Virus record (IMG/VR): IMGVR_UViG_3300005542_000062
Location: 1 to 44,305 of that record
From: a virus
Taxonomy: Duplodnaviria > Caudoviricetes
Length of the DNA: 44,305 bases
Reading direction: 5' to 3' (one strand)
In this document: in pieces, positions 18,201-28,051 of the stretch
Numbering within the stretch: position 1 is the first letter of the stretch
How the letters are laid out: the number at the start of each line of letters is the position of its first letter
Notes under the pieces: model-generated
Databases searched by the model: none
What the model was told of the DNA's origin: nothing
Seen by the model: the letters and a program-made list of their open reading frames with translations, nothing else
Program-made: the position numbers and the translations under genes

Positions 18201-18369
18201 ATGCGGGCAGAAGATAAAAACAAAAGAGCCAGAGGGAGTTTGCTCCAAGTGCGGCCGATTCTTCGTAATAAGATACAACAACGTCAAAACTACGAGGGAA
18301 CGATTTTACGAATGCTTTGGACTTACTTCTTCAAAGACCTCTTCCGGATCTCATAACCCAAATCAGTGA
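18181..18369 (+). CDS. Zn-ribbon protein
   Basis: CECG...CSKCG. GGAG RBS. Confidence 0.6.
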   Translation: MFAVECECGQKIKTKEPEGVCSKCGRFFVIRYNNVKTTRERFYECFGLTSSKTSSGSHNPNQ

Positions 18370-20062
18370 AGTACTTCGCCGCGGCCGTCTCTGAAATTCC
18401 GTGGACGCGCGCGTAATCTTTCACGGCACTTGGCAGAATCACTTGTCCCGTCTTTTTCGGCATCTCTTTAAGTTCCCCAGGCTTCTTTTCAGGAATTTTC
18501 GTAGTCTCTAAAACATCAGCTTTAGGCTGGGGTTGTTCGACTTTCTTAGCTTCAGAGATCATCTTTTCTCGTCGAATATTGGGAACTAATCTCTGACCAG
18601 CCTGCTCAGCAGACATTGTTTCAGATGGCGGAGTCCTAAATCCGGGGATTTCTCCAGGAACATTAGCTCCCTCCTGATACAATGGCAAAGTCCTCTGCCT
18701 TGGGACGTACATTTGACCCGGTTCGCGCGCTAATCCCGGTTTTCCTCCATAAATGGGAACTTGACGAGCGGGTGGCATTTGAATGACATTTGAAGTTGGC
18801 AATGCTCTAGATGGAGATGGCAATAAACCAGCACTTTGAGCAGGAGTTGTCGCAGATGGCATCGGAGTTGCCGGAGATTGAGTTCTTGCGTCTACAGTAT
18901 TTTGCAATCTTGGTTGCATTGAACTCTGAGCCGTAGGCGATGGAGCATACTCTGGATTATAGACAGGTCTTTCTGCGGGAATAGTGTAAGGTTCCTGTAA
19001 TCCTTGTCTAAATCCCCTAATCATTGGGAGTGCCCGACCACCCATAGCCGCACCAGCAGCCATTCCAGGATAAAGACCTACTTGATAAGGAACTCCTAAG
19101 GTTCTCGCAACTCCCGCGCCAGTCGCGCCCCCCGCAGCAGATCCCAGGGCCGCACCAGTTTTAGACAATCCAGGAGCTTCCCTCGCCCCCTGTATTGCAT
19201 TACCTAATCTAGCAGCATTTTCTGGAGTCGCAATACTTGATCGAAGTCCTCCAGACACACCCGCTTGACCCGCACCGACGAGTAAATCAGCGATTTCATC
19301 CGGAGAAGTTTCCCCTTTAAAACCTCGAATAATATTCCCAATGATGGGGATATCTTCTCCACTCATCCCGCGACGAAGAGATTCAGGGGTGACTTCATCT
19401 CCACCGCCGAATCCAGTTCCGAAATCTCCACCGACGGCAGTTGAGGGACTAAATGCGCGGCCGATTGCGCTAGGAACTCGCCCCAAAGTTTCTCTCCCGA
19501 AACCGTAAGGATCTCCCTTTACAGGTTTGACAATTCCCTTTCCTTCTTTGCCAAAACTCGACTGTCGATTGAATTCGGCCGCAAAAAGAGGAGTGAGACT
19601 ATCCTTATTGGTCGACATTCCAGCAGGAACTTGAATCCTTAGTTTTTTGCCTTGATAAGTTCCCTCGAAAGTTCTTACTCCTTTCTTGTTTTCAGTTTCG
19701 CTTCCCATGATATCTCGGACGTACTTTTGAGTTTCTTCGAAAGGAGGAACGTCGCCGTATTGATCGACTTTATCGGGTCCTGCATTATACGCGGCTAGAG
19801 CGAGCTTAACATCTCCACCATAGCGATCGATAAGTTGAGCTAAATATTTGGTTCCTCCCTCGACGTTTTGTTCGGGATTAAAAGGATCAGACACACCCAT
19901 TTCTTTAGCAGTCTTGGGCATTAACTGCATCAATCCTTGAGCACCTTTTGGGGAGACAGCTTTGGGATTACCCGATGATTCAGTGTGGACCAATCTTGAG
20001 AGCATCTGTGGATCTACTCGGTATTTTTGAGCGACATTCTGGATCAATTCATCAATCGTCAT
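18323..20062 (-). CDS. ejection (internal virion) protein with N-terminal lytic transglycosylase (SLT)
   Basis: ESSG, AVSPKGAQGLMQLMP, ALAAYNAG and PPFEETQKYV, followed by a Gly/Pro-rich region. Confidence 0.88.
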   Translation of the reverse strand: MTIDELIQNVAQKYRVDPQMLSRLVHTESSGNPKAVSPKGAQGLMQLMPKTAKEMGVSDPFNPEQNVEGGTKYLAQLIDRYGGDVKLALAAYNAGPDKVDQYGDVPPFEETQKYVRDIMGSETENKKGVRTFEGTYQGKKLRIQVPAGMSTNKDSLTPLFAAEFNRQSSFGKEGKGIVKPVKGDPYGFGRETLGRVPSAIGRAFSPSTAVGGDFGTGFGGGDEVTPESLRRGMSGEDIPIIGNIIRGFKGETSPDEIADLLVGAGQAGVSGGLRSSIATPENAARLGNAIQGAREAPGLSKTGAALGSAAGGATGAGVARTLGVPYQVGLYPGMAAGAAMGGRALPMIRGFRQGLQEPYTIPAERPVYNPEYAPSPTAQSSMQPRLQNTVDARTQSPATPMPSATTPAQSAGLLPSPSRALPTSNVIQMPPARQVPIYGGKPGLAREPGQMYVPRQRTLPLYQEGANVPGEIPGFRTPPSETMSAEQAGQRLVPNIRREKMISEAKKVEQPQPKADVLETTKIPEKKPGELKEMPKKTGQVILPSAVKDYARVHGISETAAAKYFTDLGYEIRKRSLKK

Positions 20063-21600
20063 TATTGGACCTCTTTCAAGTCCTCAAGATCCGATTTCTT
20101 CTTCTCTTCCGGTTTCTTTCCTCCGTAGAGAATGCCTTCAATCACGTTTTGAGCCGATTTTTCTTGAGCATCGAGCGCCCCTTTGATTCTTTCATAAGAT
20201 TCAGAAGCTCTTGGCGCAGTTCTTTTGATTAATTCGATAGTTTGACGCGCGGGTCTGGTTCCAACACCTGAAGTTGTCTCCCAAAGAAGATTTGAGGTCA
20301 AAAAACTAAGGAATTGTTGCTCTGCTTCGGCTTCTTCAGGAGTGGAACCAATTGGATTACCTCCAAACGTGGAACTAGCAAGATCAATTCGACCCAAAAT
20401 CGGTCCCATATTCTTTTTGATAAATGGGTCTTCAATCAGATCTCGAACACTCCGAGCATGTAAAAGAGCAGTATGAGCATTCGCGACTCTAGTTTGTTCT
20501 TGACCTCCAACCAGAGCAATTGGAGGAACGGCCGCGAGAATGCTTCTTCTTTTGATGTCAGAAAATTGCTTTACGTAATTTCCATACTGTTCCGGATGTT
20601 TTTCAAGAAAATCTTTCGCTTGTTGAATTTCGACATCAGTTGCGTCTTCGGCTCTTTTCTTTGTTAAAACTGTGCCGGCTTTTTTCTGTTCAGTCGACGC
20701 GGCTCTTTCTTGAAGCAATCCTTGAGATGCCGCGATTCGATTAAGAGTAGCCTCGACCCACTCCGATGGAGGAGTTTGATAGTTATTGTCTTTCAAATAT
20801 TGATTGTATTCCGCTTGAAAAGCATTCGAGACTTTATCCATTGAACTCGTCGCTTCTTTTTCGACACTTTGAATGGCACTTTGAGAGATGATTCGATTAT
20901 CTGGAGCTTTGTAATGAAGATTTCCGTCGTCAGTGCGATACATAGTCGCGCCCTTAATGACGGTACCATCTTTTAGAGTCAAAGTACGAAGCTCTTTATC
21001 CAAAGATCCTTCGTGCTTGGCTTGTTCAATCTCTATAGTCCCTTTATGCTCCGGAGTTCCAGGGATTAGAGATTGTTCTTCTCCAAGAAGTTGCTTTCGA
21101 CGTTCTTCTTCGGCGCCCGCTCTGGATTTTTCGGCTCCAGTTTTCGCCACTTCTTCTCCAAGTTTAACTTCTTGAGACTGACCAGCTTCTTCGGATTCCA
21201 TCGCAGACTTCTTTTGAGCTAATCCTTGTTGAAATTCCTGTTCTTTTCTTTTGAATGGAGCATACTTGATATCTTTTCCGATTGCAATTCCAGATCCTAC
21301 ACTTTTCGTCCCAATACCGCCCAAAATCCCGCCAATTACGGACATTGCTTGTCTCAATCGAGTAGGATGGTAGTCGGACAACTTGGGTTCTTTTGCTATC
21401 TCTTGTTCATACAATTGTCGCGCGCTTGGAGGCAATGGGGCTTGAAATGGCAAAACTCCTTCATTTAAAGACGGCTGAGCCTGCGTAACTTGAGGCTGCG
21501 GCTCGTCAGCGACTACTGTATTAGCAGTACCCTGTTGATTCTGTAATTCTTCGAGACGTTTCCGTCTCAAAATCTCTGAGAAATCAGGTTGAGGTGTCAT
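20062..21600 (-). CDS. putative DNA ejection/internal virion protein
   Basis: Helical Q/E/A-rich protein with a Gly-rich hydrophobic segment. Position typical of podoviral ejection genes. Confidence 0.6.
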   Translation of the reverse strand: MTPQPDFSEILRRKRLEELQNQQGTANTVVADEPQPQVTQAQPSLNEGVLPFQAPLPPSARQLYEQEIAKEPKLSDYHPTRLRQAMSVIGGILGGIGTKSVGSGIAIGKDIKYAPFKRKEQEFQQGLAQKKSAMESEEAGQSQEVKLGEEVAKTGAEKSRAGAEEERRKQLLGEEQSLIPGTPEHKGTIEIEQAKHEGSLDKELRTLTLKDGTVIKGATMYRTDDGNLHYKAPDNRIISQSAIQSVEKEATSSMDKVSNAFQAEYNQYLKDNNYQTPPSEWVEATLNRIAASQGLLQERAASTEQKKAGTVLTKKRAEDATDVEIQQAKDFLEKHPEQYGNYVKQFSDIKRRSILAAVPPIALVGGQEQTRVANAHTALLHARSVRDLIEDPFIKKNMGPILGRIDLASSTFGGNPIGSTPEEAEAEQQFLSFLTSNLLWETTSGVGTRPARQTIELIKRTAPRASESYERIKGALDAQEKSAQNVIEGILYGGKKPEEKKKSDLEDLKEVQ

Positions 21601-22349
21601 ACAGTTAATCCACCGCTCGTATATTTAACATCTCCAGCGACCGTTCCAAGACCTTGCATGATATTTCCGAAAACTCCAGGATTCTTAGACAATTGCTGCA
21701 AGAATTGGATGGCTTCAGCTTGAGTTCCGAATTGAAGACCCATAGCTTGAAGTAATTGTTGACCTTCTTGAGTCAATTGATTAGTTGCAGTATTGAATAA
21801 TCCTGCCATTCCGGCCGCGCCCGCTTCTTTACCGCCCGCGACGGAAGCTTCAGTTGTCTGTAAGCCACCAAGACCCGCAAGTTTGTTTTGATTGATCTGA
21901 GTATTGAGTCCAACCATTGCATTATTGGTAGCTTGAGCTTGAGCTTCAGAGGATTGACGAGCTAGTTGAGAAATATCACCACCCGCTCCATAACCTCCAG
22001 TCGCGGCTCTGTTCCTTTGAGCTTGTTGAGCGAGGACATCATAGGTCCCAGTAACCCCTGAAGTAGCTTGATTAAGGTATGCGGCTTTACTCGCGTCATC
22101 AAAGCCACCAGTATCGGCAAAATTACCAAAACCTCCGGTGATTTTCGATAATTGAGTTGGATCATAACCTCCAGTATCTTGGAGATTCTGAAACGCGCCA
22201 CGAGCAGACGCACCGACGCCAGCTTGCCAATCCCGAGTCGAATCTTGTGAAGATTGAAGACCCGAAATAACAGGAGCTAGTTGATTCTGGGCTTGGTTAT
22301 AAATTGCGTTCGACTTATTAGTAGCGTCTTTAGTTTGAGTTTTAGCCAT
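21597..22349 (-). CDS. putative DNA transfer/pilot protein
   Basis: G/Q/A/N-rich composition and position. Confidence 0.6.
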   Translation of the reverse strand: MAKTQTKDATNKSNAIYNQAQNQLAPVISGLQSSQDSTRDWQAGVGASARGAFQNLQDTGGYDPTQLSKITGGFGNFADTGGFDDASKAAYLNQATSGVTGTYDVLAQQAQRNRAATGGYGAGGDISQLARQSSEAQAQATNNAMVGLNTQINQNKLAGLGGLQTTEASVAGGKEAGAAGMAGLFNTATNQLTQEGQQLLQAMGLQFGTQAEAIQFLQQLSKNPGVFGNIMQGLGTVAGDVKYTSGGLTV

Positions 22350-22729
22350 TATTTCACCTCGATATACAGAGGAATGCCGGTCGCGCGCACAAACCCAAGA
22401 TGATCTTCAAGTAACTTGGCATATTGTTGGTCCGATTCAGGAGTTACGAAAATATGAGCGGATCTAATATTCTGTCTCAACAATTCCCGCATCATATCTC
22501 CAACTACTTCTCTCCAGATTTTCGCTTTTGAGAATTGAGAAAGCTTTGGGTCCAAAATTAAGACCAACTCAGAAGTTAATCTCGCAAAAGCCGCACCAAT
22601 GACTTCTTCATTTGATACTAATGCCCTTTGAACGATGTAAGATGGATCATTAATTTCGGGTAGAGGAAAATCGTTGTGATGCATACTCTCGATTTTCATC
22701 AAATCCGAAACTAACAAATTTCGAATCAT
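22349..22729 (-). CDS. GNAT-fold virion assembly protein (T7 gp13/P22 gp14-like position)
   Basis: MIRNLLVSDL...EEVIG...LLEDHLGF pattern. TGATG overlap. Confidence 0.55.
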   Translation of the reverse strand: MIRNLLVSDLMKIESMHHNDFPLPEINDPSYIVQRALVSNEEVIGAAFARLTSELVLILDPKLSQFSKAKIWREVVGDMMRELLRQNIRSAHIFVTPESDQQYAKLLEDHLGFVRATGIPLYIEVK

Positions 22730-23313
22730 CAGCGTCCCCAAACTCCAATCGCTACCGGAGAAGATCCGCCTCCACCGAAAGAGAAAACATCCCCAGTTAG
22801 TTTCATTATGAACGGAGCAGAAGCGTTATTGAGAGATACAAAAGCACAGAAAGCACTAGCAGCAGGGAGACCAGCATTTGATTCATTTGCAGTCCCAACG
22901 TCACCGCCAGCTAAATTAGCGGTATTCCAAGCAAGTCCCCCTGCTCCTGTATTTGTTGGGTCAGAGACTGCAATCCAATATCGAGTCAAAGCACCTAAAG
23001 GCAGTGGAGTTCCCAAAGTGACAGTAATTAGATGAGAAGCTCCGTCAGGAAAGACGATTGAGAAATTAGTCGCAAGATTTTGATAGAGAGAACCAGGATT
23101 TGAAGCTCCATTGTCTAAATAAACATCCACATTTATCTTTGAAGTGCCTGCTCCGGCAGTTCTTTGAAGTTTCAATTGAAGAGTTGTTATCGTCCATAGA
23201 GTTCCAGCAGGAGTCGAGAAAGAATCTGCAAGAGTACAGAAATTTCCAGCGGCGTCGAAAAGATTAGTCCCAACTACAACGTCCGCCGAATTGTCGTAAA
23301 AAGTAGTACTCAT
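22729..23313 (-). CDS. beta-rich putative tail/receptor-binding protein
   Basis: G/T/S/A/N-rich with a TRYWIAV motif. In the tail module. Confidence 0.5.
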   Translation of the reverse strand: MSTTFYDNSADVVVGTNLFDAAGNFCTLADSFSTPAGTLWTITTLQLKLQRTAGAGTSKINVDVYLDNGASNPGSLYQNLATNFSIVFPDGASHLITVTLGTPLPLGALTRYWIAVSDPTNTGAGGLAWNTANLAGGDVGTANESNAGLPAASAFCAFVSLNNASAPFIMKLTGDVFSFGGGGSSPVAIGVWGR

Positions 23314-23822
23314 GCGTTGATTATGTCTAACTCAATATTGACGTTCGTTGCGGTTAAATCGCTCGTTGGGAGAACAAGCGCGCGCAACCAATGTTTCCTC
23401 AAAAGTTTAGTTCCAGAGAAAACTTTAACTGGTGAACTAAAAATCTTCGCTGCCGGCAAAATCAATGGACTCTGCAATATTGAAGTCCAGACTACGTCGT
23501 CCGGAGAAGTTTGAACATCAAAAAGGGCATTTGCCGTTGGCGCGGTTCCATTGACAATTATACTTTGGGGCGCGTAATCATTGATCCCATCAGGAATATT
23601 GATATGGCTTGAAGAGAGCGATGCCGTCAAAGAAGAGAAGAAAAAAGTCGCTCTAAATGAATTTTGATTCGACGCTACGACCTGTTGAGCGTTGTAAAGG
23701 TTTTTTAGTGAGTTATCTAGAGCGTCGAAAGTGCGGCTGATGATCTTGAAGGGATAGTTCAACTTAGGATCAGCATACTCTCTGATCTCATTATAGAGAA
23801 ACTTGATCCCTGCGATTGGCAT
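23310..23822 (-). CDS. putative tail spike/fibre-associated protein
   Basis: N-terminal helix followed by a beta-sandwich. Follows the nozzle gene. Confidence 0.5.
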   Translation of the reverse strand: MPIAGIKFLYNEIREYADPKLNYPFKIISRTFDALDNSLKNLYNAQQVVASNQNSFRATFFFSSLTASLSSSHINIPDGINDYAPQSIIVNGTAPTANALFDVQTSPDDVVWTSILQSPLILPAAKIFSSPVKVFSGTKLLRKHWLRALVLPTSDLTATNVNIELDIINA

Positions 23823-23825
23823 TTT

Positions 23826-25688
23826 CTAACCTGGTCTGATCTTCCAACGTTCCTTGCAAAAGATGTCGATTCTCTTAAGTTTCATCGTTCCACCTACGGT
23901 CTTGACTTGTACTGACATCTTCTCGGACGTATAATTGATCTGTCGATCAAAGTCTTTTGAAGGAGTAGTAGATAAAGTTATTGACGGAGGATTTTGAACG
24001 TTTCCATCATCCTCATCGGCTAAACGAAGCAACATCGTCCCAGTTCCAACAGCTCTGAAGCGAAGATGTCTGAAAATATTCAGAGCTCCCATTGCCGGAG
24101 TAGCTAGGAAAGTCTGATAAATTGAAGTTATTGCCGTCCCTGAATCATCAGTTACGGCAGTTGTGAGTTTATCGACTCCAGTTGATTTACCGATTCGTAA
24201 CCAATAGTCGAAGTCATCTCCATCTGCGATGAAAACCATCGCGATAGCTTGGGGAGTATAAGGGAACGAAAAGACCGACCAAGTTACAGCTTCAGCAGTT
24301 AGACCTTCGGTAAAATCGCAAGCAAGTAAGAGATTTGGCGTCACACTACCATCAACGGGGAGTAAAATATAGATTATATCTCTTGAAACATCAACGCATA
24401 ATTGAGGAGTATGATCCGCGCCATGAGTGAATCTATCCCAAGTTTTTTGAATTTTAGCGGACAACGGGGGTCTTTGAACTGTTCCATTGAAGATATAAAG
24501 ACCTTCTCGGGTAATTCCTAAGATATTGGCACTCAAAGGGCCGTTAGGTTTTTGAGATAGTGTATTGGTTATGCTCCCATGATTGAACGCGACTCCGGTA
24601 TCAATCAAATTGACGGGCCACGAACTTGGCTCGTTTCCATTGTCGGCCGTCGATTGAATACCCGCGTTTCCACAGATGTATAAAGTCCCGTAATACTCAA
24701 AGGCAGAGACAGACTGATCCGGAGCAAGAACGTTTAGAAATCCAGTGACATTGCTAAAAGCTTCAGCTTGTCCAGAATAAGATAATAACGGTGGGTCCGT
24801 CGAAGTTCCATCCAAAACAACTAAACGGCCATGATAAATTGCAAGCCCCCCTCCTCCAACTCCCGCAACTGATGCCGGGACTGACTCTTTCAAATTAAAT
24901 AAATCACTAGCGTCAACTGCTAGGGCAGTATCGAAGAAGTTGAGAGTTATGGTCGTCGTAACGTTATCGTTAATAGTTCCATTGGGGACGAAGTAGTAAA
25001 CCAAGAGATTGGCTTTAGTCGCCAAAATAACTCTTTGAGTCGTTCCAGCAGGACCGAGTGGAACATTAGTCAAAACGACATTACGAGTACTATCCGGAAA
25101 AACTCCTGGATCGGGAGTAAAGACTCCGGCGATCTTAGGTCCTGGTTGAGTTGTAAATCCTGTATTGGTTACGAAAGCGACCGCAAATTGATGAGTTCCA
25201 ACGTCAATATTACCAGAACCTCCTCCACCGACAGTTACCGTCATCGCAGAAGTAGGAGCATTTCCGGCAGCTTGTCTTGGTGGATTAGTTCCGTCCCAAA
25301 CGTAAAGAAAACTAGAACCAGAACTCAAAATTGGAAGAATGAAGACGTGATTGAAAAGATTGATCGCCGAAAAATCGACCATATTCACTACAGTAAGGAG
25401 TAGAGTTCCAGCATCTTCATAGATATGACCCGCTCCGTCACAGGTTAAAACGTGTTGAGTCGTAACAATTCCAGCGATGAAAACTGCTTCAAAGATGCGA
25501 ACTACGCTATGGCCGACATTATACGATAACTTAGTACCGGGGCGCGTCTCGAAATCGTTCGTCTTATTCGTCCCCATGTTTTGAACGAGAGAACCATGAT
25601 CTATTGGAACTGAATCAGACAGACCTTTAGAGTATAAACCTCTGAATTCTTTTATCGAAATTGGCTCGTACTCGTCCAAAAAAGACAT
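23826..25688 (-). CDS. tail nozzle/tubular protein B (P22 gp10-like)
   Basis: 620 aa beta-rich protein with N-terminal F.GL...ETRPG and YHGRLVV. Follows the adaptor genes. Confidence 0.7.
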   Translation of the reverse strand: MSFLDEYEPISIKEFRGLYSKGLSDSVPIDHGSLVQNMGTNKTNDFETRPGTKLSYNVGHSVVRIFEAVFIAGIVTTQHVLTCDGAGHIYEDAGTLLLTVVNMVDFSAINLFNHVFILPILSSGSSFLYVWDGTNPPRQAAGNAPTSAMTVTVGGGGSGNIDVGTHQFAVAFVTNTGFTTQPGPKIAGVFTPDPGVFPDSTRNVVLTNVPLGPAGTTQRVILATKANLLVYYFVPNGTINDNVTTTITLNFFDTALAVDASDLFNLKESVPASVAGVGGGGLAIYHGRLVVLDGTSTDPPLLSYSGQAEAFSNVTGFLNVLAPDQSVSAFEYYGTLYICGNAGIQSTADNGNEPSSWPVNLIDTGVAFNHGSITNTLSQKPNGPLSANILGITREGLYIFNGTVQRPPLSAKIQKTWDRFTHGADHTPQLCVDVSRDIIYILLPVDGSVTPNLLLACDFTEGLTAEAVTWSVFSFPYTPQAIAMVFIADGDDFDYWLRIGKSTGVDKLTTAVTDDSGTAITSIYQTFLATPAMGALNIFRHLRFRAVGTGTMLLRLADEDDGNVQNPPSITLSTTPSKDFDRQINYTSEKMSVQVKTVGGTMKLKRIDIFCKERWKIRPG

Positions 25689-26383
25689 TAAAAGTCTCTA
25701 ATCGCTCGACTTCTTCCACGACCTCGATGATAAGGGCGTCGGTTAGCTGGCAAGTTTTGAAGACCTCGAACCGCTTCACCGATGATATTGTCCAAATTCC
25801 TCTCAGCTAGAGCCTTCATAGCTTCGGCAACTCCTTTGTCAAAGTTAGGCAAAGAAGCTATGCAGAGATAAGCAGTTTCGGGTCCGAGAAAAGTCTCTGC
25901 AAGAGTCACGACTAAATCGTCGTTTACAGTCTTCGGTGGAGAAAGAATTCTTCGATAACGGAACTGTATTTGATTTGGAAGCAAAGCTCCTCGAAGCATT
26001 ACAGTCCCACCGATCCAAGCCCACCAAGCGAGTTGTACTCCAAGAGGAGTTTGAGGAATAAAGTCGACCTTCGTCATATCGACGAAGTCTTGATTCAACT
26101 GACCAACCGCACGCTCTTTCATCCAAATAGGTTCATAAATATTTGTTGGGTATCCCGCGACGGTTGAAAGATCCACATTATTGTCGTCGACCGCATTGGC
26201 GGGAACCGTTAATATCGTCGAGACCGCATTGATAATTGGTACCGAATTCCTGACAAGTTCATTGAGCATCTCATTGTAGGCACTTTGAAGCTTTGGCATC
26301 AACTTTTGAGTAGTCCAATTAGTGCCTTGTTCATCATTAAGATGAGTTCGAGCCGTCGCTAAAGCAACGTTAGCTAATGCCAT
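25688..26383 (-). CDS. head-tail adaptor/ring protein 2
   Basis: ARTHLND..W...LMPKLQSAYNEM helical N-terminus. Paralog of 26396-27019. Confidence 0.65.
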   Translation of the reverse strand: MALANVALATARTHLNDEQGTNWTTQKLMPKLQSAYNEMLNELVRNSVPIINAVSTILTVPANAVDDNNVDLSTVAGYPTNIYEPIWMKERAVGQLNQDFVDMTKVDFIPQTPLGVQLAWWAWIGGTVMLRGALLPNQIQFRYRRILSPPKTVNDDLVVTLAETFLGPETAYLCIASLPNFDKGVAEAMKALAERNLDNIIGEAVRGLQNLPANRRPYHRGRGRSRAIRDF

Positions 26384-26395
26384 TATGACTCCTAT

Positions 26396-27019
26396 TTAAG
26401 GACGACCAGGAGTATTCAGACGTCCTTTATTGGCTTGAACTATTTGGTCCATCGATTGAAGTGCTATCTCCGTCCAGATTTGATGACTACCATCTTGACC
26501 CATAGACGAAGCTTGAAGTGCGGCCGTTCTCGGCGCTAGATAAAGTTCTCCAAAAAGAATCCCAATTAAGTCCGTATTGAGAACTGGAAGAGGAATTTGT
26601 CTCCAATAGAGAATCTTTACGTCGATTCCATTGGCAACGGGTGCGCGAAAAGTTAAAATCTCGTCGGCCCACTGCCAATATTGAGAAGCCGTAGTCGCAG
26701 CGGGTAAAGCTGGATCGATAGGGTCCGCCTCTGTCATCTCAATGTAAGTCGTTGGGGAGCTTGCGGCAACTTTCTCCCAAAGCTTTATCGGCTCAAGTAA
26801 ATCAGTCGGATTAGCCGTCAAAACCGTCGCGTTCGCAGCAACAGCGCCGATAAAGCTATTCCGCATAACTTGGGCATCACGCGCGCGAAGATACGCTTGA
26901 AGCTCTCGATGAGCCTGAGTTAGCTTCGGAAATAATACCGTATCCGTGAACAGCGAGTTCCCGTCGTCATTCAACAACGTCCTCGCTGTCACGAATACCG
27001 TTTCAGCAGAGACGGACAT
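26396..27019 (-). CDS. head-tail adaptor/ring protein 1
   Basis: ARTLLND..F...LFPKLTQAHREL. Paralog of 25688-26383. Confidence 0.65.
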   Translation of the reverse strand: MSVSAETVFVTARTLLNDDGNSLFTDTVLFPKLTQAHRELQAYLRARDAQVMRNSFIGAVAANATVLTANPTDLLEPIKLWEKVAASSPTTYIEMTEADPIDPALPAATTASQYWQWADEILTFRAPVANGIDVKILYWRQIPLPVLNTDLIGILFGELYLAPRTAALQASSMGQDGSHQIWTEIALQSMDQIVQANKGRLNTPGRP

Positions 27020-27022
27020 GGT

Positions 27023-27385
27023 CTAGTTCTGTCCCAAGAACAGACAGAAAAACGTCAAAGTCTCCCCGGAGTTGGCCGCTGGAATGGCATTTCCGTTTCC
27101 AAGTTCCGTATTGATAGCGGTGAAAATCTTCAGGAGACCATTTGCCGACGTCGTTCCTGGAACGAAGGCATAGAGATTCCCCGCAGGAGATAGAATGATA
27201 ACCAACTGCGGTGGTCTTTGAGCTTTCACCAAACCAGCGGCCGCGAGATTGCAGACAATCCCCCCTGTCACATAAGTCAAGGGATTCGCTCCGATCGTTC
27301 CAGTGAGAATGCAAGCGAGCATATTACCAATCATGAATGTTTGGTTATCGCTCGTGACAGAAATCGCAACTGTAGAAGCAGGCAT
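27023..27385 (-). CDS. putative virion structural/decoration protein
   Basis: Small beta-rich protein with YVTGG..L. AAGGAG RBS. Confidence 0.5.
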   Translation of the reverse strand: MPASTVAISVTSDNQTFMIGNMLACILTGTIGANPLTYVTGGIVCNLAAAGLVKAQRPPQLVIILSPAGNLYAFVPGTTSANGLLKIFTAINTELGNGNAIPAANSGETLTFFCLFLGQN

Positions 27386-27394
27386 TTTTACTCC

Positions 27395-28051
27395 TTAAAC
27401 GTTAGCAAAAGTCAACTTCTTGTACTCTTCCGGTAAGAGAATGCAGCGACATTGAGGACAGATGATCGTCTTTGCTGTAACCGGAGATTGGCAGGCGACG
27501 CAGAGAGGTCCAACTTCAGTTTCTTTCTGCTCGATCACTTGCGCGCGCATCCATTCGTGTTCGTCGGGATTCCAACCGATCTGGTTCGCCGCGACTCTCT
27601 GAAAGTCGGAAATTACCGTATGCTTTCGATAACGAGTCCAGTCGTCATCGGCAAGACGGCAGAGATTCAGGAACCAGTTGTTTTGAAGGGTTTGATTGGT
27701 CTTGACAAGATTTGGATGCTTTTCAACCAATTCCATAGCTTCCAGATAACCAGGGAGCCAGAAAAGACCGGGGCGCGCCGTTTCGCCGATCACGAGTTGA
27801 GAATTGATGTAGTCTCGAACGATCGACGCGGCAACTTCGTCGCTAGGATCTCGGGCTTGAAGGGAGCCGCGCGCTTCGTCCAGATAGACGTAATGAATCG
27901 TCTTGTTGGAAATGTGAATGACGCTGGGAATCTTGCCGTCACTTTGAGGAATCTTGAATCTTCCAGGATAAAGACCTGGTTTTTCCTCGTACAAGTCCCA
28001 AGGAATGATCGACGCTACTGTGCAATGCAATGACTTCTCATGGTCTTCCAT
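27395..28051 (-). CDS. hypothetical protein with C-terminal Zn ribbon
   Basis: CVAC...CPQC. Confidence 0.65.
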   Translation of the reverse strand: MEDHEKSLHCTVASIIPWDLYEEKPGLYPGRFKIPQSDGKIPSVIHISNKTIHYVYLDEARGSLQARDPSDEVAASIVRDYINSQLVIGETARPGLFWLPGYLEAMELVEKHPNLVKTNQTLQNNWFLNLCRLADDDWTRYRKHTVISDFQRVAANQIGWNPDEHEWMRAQVIEQKETEVGPLCVACQSPVTAKTIICPQCRCILLPEEYKKLTFANV

